DNA of 64,000 bases from Bugula neritina (taxonomy: Eukaryota > Animalia > Bryozoa): assembly GCA_964035545.1 (NCBI GenBank), contig OZ037770.1:3876662-3940661 (forward strand), read 5' to 3'. This document shows positions 53,597-64,000 of the stretch, piece by piece. Under the pieces are notes generated by a model that was not told the DNA's origin, did no database searches, and saw only the letters and a program-made list of their open reading frames with translations. Numbering within the stretch: the stretch's first letter is position 1; each line of letters opens with the position of its first letter. The position numbers and the translations under genes are program-made.

Positions 53597-56331
53597 TCAT
53601 TTATTAGCCTATAAAGTAGTTATCTGGAATGTTATTATACTACTCTAAAAATCTACACTCAGCCACTTATCAGGAGCATTAATCATGAATCTCATTAATT
53701 CTAGAATTTATTTTTGCAAAAACCTATTCTATACTGTTTGCTAGTGCTGAGCTGGTATCGTGGATGTCTTAGCATTTTCTGTACTCATGTTTCTTTAATT
53801 CTGAGCTTTTGAGGTCAAGTGGTGTAGTGCTGAAAACAGCAATTACCTAAAATGTCAAGGACTTGTAATAGGCCCAAAAGAAAAGTTGTTATCAAATACT
53901 GTTACTGGTGCAGCCCTACTATCTGTTTCACTGATAGCACAGCTCTAAAGACATTAAGTTACGGATTAGCTTAGCTTACTTCTATATTATGTATACTTAA
54001 TAACTGTTGAGAATTGAACTAATGGTATTAGAAGAACATATATTATAAAACTAGTTTTTGTGCATTTTAGTTTATTGTTGAATTTCTACTTTACTATTAT
54101 TTTGCTAAGCAGGGTATCATTCTAACTACTTGAATTATAATCTGTACATTCCTACTCTGTGATGAAATAAAATATATTTTGTAAATTGACATGTTATCAG
54201 TTTTCACATCCTGTGTATGAGCTGAATCCACCTTTGATTCATAATCACTGAAGAGGTCAATTTTTGTGAATAAATACCTCTAATAATTCCAAACCAGGTG
54301 TTTATGGCTTGTGACTTGAAACTTACTCAAGTTTGACTCTGACATGACTTGTAACTACTTGATGGTCACCCATCCTAATAAATTTCACAGCATAATAAAT
54401 TACAGTATAATTTAACACACCTGTAATATAGCACAGGCTTTTTTCAGTGCATTGAACTATGAATGCCATTTAGACTTAATTCTATATACAAACCATCTAG
54501 ATTTTAGACTCAGTGTTATATTATGTTCTAGTTGCTGGGACTTTACATAAGCTGGGAGAGCTTTTCCCTAATGCATGATAGATTTTCACATGTCAGCGAT
54601 GCCAGCTATATTATGCTTTTTCCACATTAATTACAGCTACGGCTAAAAGCTAACCTTCTTTTTCACTATAGTTTGAAAACCCAGAACTTCCACCTATCCA
54701 CACTTACATCTCACACTTAAAACTTGCAACTTATAACGTATGATAAAACTTTTTCACATTGCTAGTTTTTTTCAGTCCGCAACAATAAATATTTCTATAC
54801 ACTTAAAACACAACACTAGTAAAGACTTCTTGCTATAATATACACAATTTATACTGAGTATTATATACTAGTTAGACTTATTGCTATTCAGATAATACAT
54901 TTCTCATTGCTACATAAGTTGCATCTGTTAGTTAAGTTTTAGTACAATTTACATATTTTAATAATACTCCAGTTTCACAGGGTATAACATCAATTTTTCA
55001 ACTTCAACCAAATGAAGAATGTTCTTTGCCAACCCTCTCATGTATGACTATTACGTATATCTATATACTAGTATACATACTAGTACCTATACCTAAAACT
55101 TTATATACTGCCATGGAAAGATAATATCAGAAGTTGCTCTACAATGCAGCTTCAACTCTCATCATGTAGCAGATATATAAATTAATCGAAATTATTACAA
55201 GTAAAGGAGACAACTTCCAAACCTAAGCAAGAAACTCTACTTAGAAGTGCTATATGTATACCAATTAAACTATAATATCTTAAACCGATTAGAAAATCTT
55301 GCAAGAAGAGGGACAACTTTGAACATCTTCAGGACTAAAGTTTAGTTGACTGAGTTTTAGATATCCTTACTACTACTAGATTATATGGCATAAGTTTTAT
55401 TTTCAAACAATGAAAATTCAACAATGAGCTGAAAATAAAAGTTATGTCAAAACTTAATGTAGTGCATTCCAAAGTACAAATTAGCTACTCGAAATTAAAA
55501 ATGGCTGTAATTAGATTACTCATGCTAAATATATTATTAATTATGTCTTTAGAACTTTGTGAGAAAAGTTCTGTAGTGTTCAGTGATGAGCACATCTTAC
55601 TAGTTGTGTTCAGCTTTATTCTTTAGTGCAGGTAAAATTTCATACAGCTACTATATGAGTTTCTTTAATATACTTCATATTTTATTATGGTAAATTTGTC
55701 CTAATAATTATGTTGTTTACGCATGTGCAAATGGGTAACTTAACAGATTAATAGATATACATACACAACTGCACTCATTGAAGGGACAGTTACTACTATA
55801 TATGAGCTTCTTTTTCTTTTTCATATTTTAATATGCTGTCATTGCCTATAAGAAATGGAAAATATATTTTGTTTAAATATTGTATCACCTTTTGATAAAG
55901 CCTGACCTGTTGCCTTTTTAGGGTTATCTTCTCAAAACAAAGATGCAGATGTTCCAGAAGAATCTTAAAAATAGATAACTCAAGTCAGACATTAAAAGAT
56001 TTTATCATATCCGGAGCAGAAAATCCACAAAATTCACCTGATAAGAAGAAATATGTGCCACAACAAGCACATAGAAACTTGGTAGAGAAGTTAGATAGTA
56101 TCAGCCCTGAGATGCTAGATGAAGCAGAGGAAAAGCTAAAGGTAGCGGAGAACAAACTTAAAAAGTTGGCAAATGATATAAAAATATTTGACAACACTTA
56201 ATGGGACAGTTTACTAAACAAAGATGAAAAGATGGTGGAAGGCTTCACATATGACTTTGGCTCTTTAAGCTCAGAAACTACAAAGAGTAAGTTAAACTCT
56301 GGAAACTCACAACAACCAACAGATAGAACTG

Positions 56332-57550
56332 GTGTTGTGAAATTATGCTTAACTGCAATCACTTGGTCTATTTAATGAATGCCACTACGCCAGGTTTTAC
56401 TAATTACTAAGAGTTTATTTACTTCAAATTACACGCATAAAAAATAACACAAACAAACACAAAACGATTACATAAATGAGAGCTAATTGTACACAACTTC
56501 ACGCTAACAAGTCCAAGTCCTCTCTGCCGGTTACGCTGCCTAACTGGCTTCCACTACAGTTAGCAGCTACGCCTACTAACTAGCATGTCAGTCCTCATTG
56601 ATTGACTAAGACAATCAGGACACCCAAGTAACATGACACCAGCTGCATCACTCACTGTCGGCAAGAAGTATCCTTTCAATACAAATACAAAATATAAAAA
56701 TCTACTAATAATACAATTATTATTACAATTAACACACTATGAAAAACTCTTACACTCTCCCTTCCTGTCAAAAGGTACTGCTCTAAGAAAAACAATATAA
56801 GAAATATAAAATAATACAAGGGTAACACAATCAGAATATGGGAAATCGACAATTACAGGGGCGATGAAGGTAACACTGTTTGTCGGCTCTGCCAACAACA
56901 TTTCACCACCCACCGCCAGCTGTGGGTACACCTCCCGCAGCACTCCGTTACCACCTTCTGTCCCTGTGGGGAGTTTAGCTACCACAGGGACTATATACTA
57001 AGGCACCAACGTACCATGAATTGTTTCTAAGAGAATCCATATGACGTGGATGAAGCCTCCTACCTCACATTCCTCGATCTCATACGACCGTTCATCTCAG
57101 ACTCCGCTCGGCTAGAGCGTCCTAACCAGGGATTTTCCGCTCCCCGGCCCATCACCCCCGGACCCACTACGAAGCCTCCCAGATATCTGAAGAACTCCCC
57201 TTGATCTATCCCTTGTGTCTTACTACAATGCATCAAAATAAGTCTTACAAACTTCCTCCCTTTTCCCCTCCTACAGACCAAAAGAGACGGTGGCAGCAAC
57301 CCTCCCCTCCACGTTCCTCAGCGTTGGCCCGCAACTTGCGGGAAGTAGAACTTAGAGCCAACAAACTCGAACAAGAGGCACATGAACTTGCTCCTAGGGT
57401 TAAAGAGGCAGCAAGTGAGTTATGATCACTAGAAGAGTCCATAGCCCAGCTCAAACGAGCCGTCAAAGATTAATATAGTATTCCCCAACCCGCCACACAC
57501 TCCCCACTCAGGGTGACCTGCTCCCCTCCATGACAAACTGGTGCTCAATA
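56332..57550 (-). mobile_element. Probable LTR retrotransposon 3' remnant
   Basis: TGTTGT..AACA LTR-like block (~56332-56735), adjacent purine tract on the minus strand, GC-richer decayed ORF fragments. No catalytic motif seen. Confidence 0.4.
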
Positions 57551-57606
57551 GGTGATATCAGAATATAACTGTACATATGGTAGACAATCACTATGGTTCT
57601 TTGTTT

Positions 57607-57609
<3 letters not shown>

Positions 57610-57701
<92 letters not shown>
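57610..57701. repeat. (AT)n microsatellite
   Basis: Direct reading. Confidence 0.95.
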
Positions 57702-57704
<3 letters not shown>

Positions 57705-58558
57705 GGGTGCCTCGATGGATGTCATTTTCTTTTTATATGTAAGTTTTTTTGGATAAACACCTTTTGTAGAGATTGCCTTAGATAACTTTGTTTTTATATA
57801 TATATATAATAGTTTTTTATAGTACGGTTCTCTTCCACTCTATAATTAGCAGAAAGTAGGCTCCCTGCTGGAGGGGGCGGTGTAGTGGTCAACAAAGCAT
57901 ACTAGTTATACACATGCATTAAAGCCAATCATATGAAAGCACGTGATTACCCCCCCCCCCCCCCCCCGGCGAAGCAGAATGCTTCCGCACAGTTTTTATA
58001 TAGCTACAGTTGAGAGTAGTATATGTGAAGATAGATAGTAGACCTGTGAATGTGTTATAGAAATTGAATGTATTTCTATTATTACTTGTATTAATATAAA
58101 AGCAAACATTCTAACATAATATAATTGAATAAAATCTATTGATAAAATATGAAAAGGAAACTTTGATATACTAGCAAGCTAATTGATATAATAAGGTTGA
58201 TAACATGGCAGTTAAAACATGTGCTTGAGACTTAACCTAGTCATAACTTAGTGTCACATCAAAGTAGAAAAAATAATAAACTTGGCTATTTAAAAGGTGT
58301 GATATAAATAAGGGTTGTTGGTGTTTAAAAAGTCATAAAATCAACTGTTACAATATATTGATAATAAATATTATAACCTGACATTCTATATACTGTAGGT
58401 ATAATTAAAATATAGTAGTTAAAAGTCTTTGCTAGATAATATGGCTGTCAAGTAATAATAAACAAGTCACACAAACTCACTCCATGTTTCAAGTCAAAAA
58501 TCTTCAATGATTGAATTAAGCTTTGTGCAGCTTCAAATTTGAGTTGTGTACCGGGTAC

Positions 58559-61500
58559 TTAGGAGTTTTCTTCTCTACTAAGCCCATCGAAGCCAGGAAA
58601 CAGGTAAAGTCTTTTACGGAAAGGAAGAGTCTTCCAGATTACAATCAAATTCCTGCTTCTCTCTGAATCTTCATCTGGACACAGTTTCCTAACTAGTTTA
58701 GTCTGTACCTGTAGAGTAAGTAATGACTAGTAAGATTGTTTATCAATTCACTATTATAGCTGTGATAAAATGTAAATTTCAGCTTTTAGAATATTGTTTC
58801 CTACTTTTAACAAATATGAACAGCAAACACTTTGGGAATTGTCTACCGGAGTCATATCAGATGGCATATAGCAGTACAGTGGCACTAGTTATTAGCAAAC
58901 TACAAGAACATATTGACAAGGAAGAGAAACTATAATCAATATAGTGAGCCAATATATGCTAAAGGAATTGTAAGAGCAAAAACTACCAGTTAAACTGGAG
59001 AAAACTAGGAAGGACCTTCTGTTACTAAAACTAAAGTAGACATCTTCTTTTAAAAGACAAAAGGGTTCAAACATAGAAATGAATAAAATGATATGATGAG
59101 AAATAATATTTTAATTTCTTAAATAAAAGTTAAACTAGCCAAAAAAGTATTGTGATTTTTAAACTTTTAAAGTTGAAATAGTTTGTGATTTATAAACCCA
59201 CCTGCTGAAAGATGGTGTAGAGATCCCGGTGACAGGCATGTTTGTAGATTGAAGATACTAAAGCTCTAATCATAGGAGATCCATACTCAGCATGTCTCTT
59301 TGATGCTAAAATACAATTAAGTGCAACCAAAATTTAGGTTTATAGCCAGACCAAGTTTAACAGGTTTTAGTTATGGCATAGGCCTATCATATTTAAAATC
59401 TCAAAGTTCTGGAACACATTTTACTTTTTTCAGTTTAGAAGTTATTAGAATCAAAGCGCTTACAAAATGCGGGAATAATACAAAATTGGTAAACCACATC
59501 TTATATAAGGTACAACAGCTCAGACAAACTTATAGCCAATCACTGTCTCTTATTGTACTTACAACAGATGTTACTCTTTAGAACAAGAAGATTATCAACA
59601 TCCAGTCTGGTCCATCGCTCTTCTATTCTAGGTGCTGGTGGTAAGACAGGTCTGATGGGTCTTATTACACTGGGTGTTTCAGGATATACAATATCATCAT
59701 CAGGTTCAGAATGTGTAGAAGAGACAGCTTCAGTTTCTTCTTCTTGAGGTGCTGCAAGACCAGATCTGTCTGGATTTACCTCAATGTTTGCTGCAACACA
59801 AATAATTTAGTTATCAGGGAAGTAAGATAGATCAAAACATCCATTTTTGTAACAAAGTTGCCTAACCAATTCTATATGACACATTTCTGAAGATATTCCA
59901 TTTTTTTTGTAAAAAATCATCTTAATGAAACAAAGAAGTTTTGACTACTGTGTAACCACTCAAATAAGTGTGTCCGTTTTTATTACAAAACAATATTCAC
60001 CTTCGCTGGAAGCTTCTAGGATGACAACTGTAGGCTTAGGCTTTAAACTCAAAGGAGCGAGCAAATCATAAAAGTCTGTAAGGTTGACCTTCTCAAGGTC
60101 AGTTCCATAGATGCAGTTATCTTCACTACCATGAGTCATAATAACCAGTATTTGACAACCCAAGCCATTGTTTTTTTCTCCTCTTATCTCAGACTTCACA
60201 GCAGACATCATTTCCTACAAATTTGGAAATAACTATAATAATATTATATAATTGATACAAGGTTATGATAACTGAATAAAGGAATAATTTTCCAACTTGC
60301 AAAAACAAAATTTTGACCAGCAATAAACATGATTTGGGTTTTTTATTTAGGCCTTATTTTGAAACATTGATAAACTAAATAGTCAGGTGATTGTGTCAAT
60401 TTTTAAGGTTTGACGAAACAAGCGTCAGGTTTCATATAGATAAACTGATTGAATACTATTGCTATCAGTCTAACAATATTATACCTCTGCTTTTAGGTCT
60501 GTGTGTGTCTCAACATCAAACTTGAGAGATTTCAACATGAGCGACATATTCTCAACATCAGCATCTGAACCTTCCCTGCACAAGTCTGGTCTTTCAACAA
60601 AGTTCTTGTTGTTTATTATCAGAGCTTTCCCTCTCTCTCTGGTCATACTGAACACCTGGATACAATTTTCAGACAATCGCATACAGTTGTGACAAACAAG
60701 TATGTATATTGACAGTATATTTTGAAGCACTCCAAGAAAAATAATTACAATTATTCTAGAGCTCAAGATGCCATTTGGAGCTTCAAAGTTGGAAGTCTCA
60801 TAGAAAGCAGTATAGTGCACTCTCTTGCAAAATCAATTTTTTATTTTTATGCTAGGTTTTAAGTTCATTACTTTTTAGCTAAGTTGAATAAAAAAAATTT
60901 GTTTAAAAGATCTATTGCCAGCTTTACCAACAAAACATTTAAATAGTCAATTAAGTGTTAATTGGTATTCTGGCACGAGTCATTCAGGATATGATGTAAT
61001 GAGGTTACAAAATACAAGTTATTACACTGCATGACTATACTTTATTGAAAATTTCTTTTATTTAACGTTAAGTTTTTACAAAACAAGCATGTATTTGCAA
61101 GGCTGTAAAACTAAATAAGGACCATTTATGGCAACAATAAAATTTGTTTGCATATAACACTTTACTGGCCTTAAAATAGACCATGGTCTAATTTATGTAA
61201 ACATAATTTTCTAAACCAAACTATCTGCAAAACATTCACTTAGCTTACAGATGCAAATGATTGCAATAGAACATTATGGTAAATTCAACTTTAAGCTTGA
61301 AGGTCGGAAAAGAAATCATACTATAAAATGTTTGCCCAACTAGGATTACTCTATATGATCATAGGAGTTACTACTGGAAAATCCCAACCCTTCATCCCAA
61401 GCAATTCCTCTGATTTCTATTTATTATTCCTTCAGCCTTCAGGTTCTCTTAGCCTCTGACCTTTCTAGGAGTACTTCTACTGCTACTACTACTCTTCACT

Positions 61501-64000
61501 AAAGGTCAAAAAAGCCCAGAAAAAATTGCCCTGCACCTCCACTGGAATTCAAATGGCAGAAGTCTAACTTTCAAGCATGCAAGGCAGGATAAACATTACA
61601 CCACAAGCACTAATAAGTGATCTCCACACAACAGATGCCTCCTAACCATGACAACCAATTAAACCCTAAACTAATAAAAGCAGAAAAGAAACTATTATGG
61701 TTGGACCAAAAAGTATAAGTATAGTAAAATGATGGAATTTGAAAATTTGCATGCATTCAGATCAATTGATTTTTAAATCTAATTGAACTGCACGTGACAA
61801 TCTAGTAAAAGGAGTTTTAGAAACTAAAATACTTTACTGAGTGGAGAAAGGAGAGCTGCTACAACTTGTGTTCATCAACTTATACATTCACCTTGTCAGT
61901 GTTTGAGATGAGTTGTTTTATCTTTGGGTTGGTTGTTGTCTTTAGTTGAATTTTTATTAACTTCATGCCTTCTTCAGGTTGAAAATTTTCATCATCTTCA
62001 GAGAGATCACTCAGATCATCATCATTTAACCCACCTACAGTCACATGATTAGACAGATTATTTTCAAAATTTGAAACCATAAACTACATATCTTGCTTAG
62101 ACAGGAGAAGAAGCAATTAATTTCAAAAATCACAATTAGATATGATTTGTAGGGAAATGTAGGGCAAAATTTGCAAAGCCTATAATTTTAACAATACTGC
62201 TGGTATAAAAAGTAAGTCCTGTCTAAAAAGTTTACCATTTGAATTGTTCTGCTCTCTTCGAATTTTGAGCTCAGAAAGAAACTTTTTCAATTGATTTGTT
62301 TCTGCTTCAGATAAAGTCTCACCTGATCAAAACAGACATAATTAGTAACATTAAGACTAGATGGGAGGCATTAGAAGAATATGAGACACAATCGAAAGCT
62401 CATGTATCAAGTTTACACTTTACAAGTAGGCGTAGAAGTTCATTAACGCAGCTGGGTAGTTTGCTAATGTTCATCTGTTATTGAAATTCATTATTGCTTG
62501 GAAAAATAGTAGATATGCTTTGATAGTGTAACAAAATATTTAAAAACTTTTGGGCAAAGCAATCAAAAGTGAATCATAGTTGTAAACATACATGGATGAA
62601 TTAGAGCACTGGGTATCTCTTCATCGATACACAATATCTTTGAAGATCCATGACACTTCTTGACATTTGGTAGCAGTTGGTTTTTTAGAGAACGGAGACA
62701 CCATTTAGGATGCAAAAGCCTTTTAGGGCAAGAAACCCCCAGTAGCATGCAGTGAGCACAGAGGCAGGCAGTAACTGGTCGACTAGCAGTCCAAGTTTCC
62801 ATCACATGTCGAAGAATGTTGTTTGTGGCTGAGATGAGTTTCTCCCACATCCTTGAAATGTGAGGAGCATCGGATGACACATAGAGTAAGACTCTTCTAG
62901 AATCATAATCATGTGTCAGCTGTGTGTATGTCTCATCTTGATAGACAGTAGCTCCATTTCTCTTCACCCTCATTGTAGCAAACTCTTTAGAAAACAATTC
63001 TAGCAAACCAACTGTCATTTGGTGGTAGACATGCTGCGGTAAAGCTAGGCCCTTAAACTTTATCTCAGTGTGAAAGACCATATCCTTTGGTGAAGTGTAT
63101 GACACACCGTGATGTTCCTTAGCAAACTGAGGGATGATGAAGTACGGTTCACGGACATCATTTTCCAGGGGGCCATATAACAAACGAAATGTTCTAAGCA
63201 AGCAAACAGCAGTTTCAACATCATGGGAGCTTTTGAATAATGTTTCCTTTGCGATCAAATTTGTTAGAAGAGATTTCATCATCAAGCCTGTTGTTTTGAA
63301 GCAATTCACAGACTCTTCAAACTCTTCTGCTTCAATTCTCAACCCTTCTTCGGAAATGCATGATTGGAATTGATCAACTCTTTTCTGCCAGATCTCTGGG
63401 TCATGATGATACAAGACACATAGTAGTTTGGTGACTTCTGTGATCTTGTGAAATATGTATGGTTTAAGTGCATCAATATTTTTATACCAGAGAACTTTAC
63501 CGCAGTCGTGCATGTATGTGAGAATGGTATCTCGCTGATGTGGTTCAACCTCAAAGCCTTCTTTTGTCAATTCTGACAGAATAAATGAAAAAGAGCTGAA
63601 AGCTCCGCTTAAAGACAAAACCTTCTCATTCACTTCTTCCCAGATCAGTGGCAAAAGCTTAACAAAGGGCTGACTACTTAGAAGAAGCGAGCTCTTTATC
63701 ATTTCAAACTCAACATACTTGTCATCCTTTCCAATCCCATAAACATCTTCACTGGCAAAAACCTTTCCATTTGATGAATTGAAATGCTGTATTTTCGCAA
63801 AATCTCCATCTGAACTTTTCTCTTCATCAAGAACGTTTTTGCACAGCTGTTCAGACACGCTAAGAAAGTTTTCTTTAAGCTGTTGGAACTGCTGACTCTG
63901 AAACTTATCCTTGTGTGTGAAGACAAGCTTAGGTGGGCCAAGAGATGGATGGGCGAGATAGAGGTGAGACATGAAGTCAAAGGCCAACTTTCTGACAGCC
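58559..64000 (-). CDS. Roc-COR-caspase-like fusion gene, 3' part; exons >64000-62592, 62322-62236, 62034-61892, 60655-60485, 60214-60001, 59790-59563, 59305-59202, 58708-58559
   Basis: Roc G4-like LVFTHKDK; COR-like ILTYMHDCGKVLWY..YIF..YFIIP..LP..VYHQM. Caspase p20 RGKALIINN..REGSDAD..IMTHG..IYGTD..KPK..LEASSE; p10 SKR..GSPMIRAL..DL..TL..KRLYLFPG. All seven introns are GT-AG, and exon lengths 87/143/171/214/228/104/150 keep the frame. Confidence 0.88.
61320..61612 (-). mobile_element. Probable tRNA-derived SINE in an intron
   Basis: Minus-strand head TGTGGTGTAATG (A-box-like) ... TTTGAATTCC (B-box-like) at tRNA-like spacing; degenerate. Confidence 0.45.

Noticed and set aside
55930-56330. 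Coding-like coiled-coil fragment on the plus strand
   Set aside because: No start, splice support or recognisable motif; probably a TE relic.
61530-61612. Functional tRNA gene
   Set aside because: Boxes and stems are degenerate; better explained as a SINE head.

Overview
AT-rich, intron-containing animal (probably invertebrate) genomic DNA; the species cannot be determined from the sequence. Three host genes are present. (1) The 5' part of a minus-strand LRR gene (9680-7030) is built from tandem 138-nt, phase-2/2 two-LRR exons that differ almost only at ligand-facing positions. (2) A plus-strand TMTC3-like O-mannosyltransferase gene (45434-53596) has an intron 2 made of 46 tandem copies of its own splice acceptor, and it lacks its central TPR exons. 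(3) The 3' part of a minus-strand gene (>64000-58559) splices in one uninterrupted frame from a Roc-COR domain into a caspase fold with QACRG changed to EASSE, i.e. a ROCO-pseudocaspase. Most of the rest is a transposon nest: a decayed pogo-like element, a Penelope-like (Naiad-type) retroelement with three hammerhead ribozymes, several hAT non-autonomous elements, three generations of one Gypsy lineage, and a decayed Polinton/Maverick whose ORFs carry large-DNA-virus-like promoter motifs (TAAATG, AAAATTGA). The best candidate for an undescribed system is a clustered family of LRR-Roc-COR-(pseudo)caspase receptors with exon-cassette LRR diversification. All family assignments come from motif recognition by eye; no searches were run.
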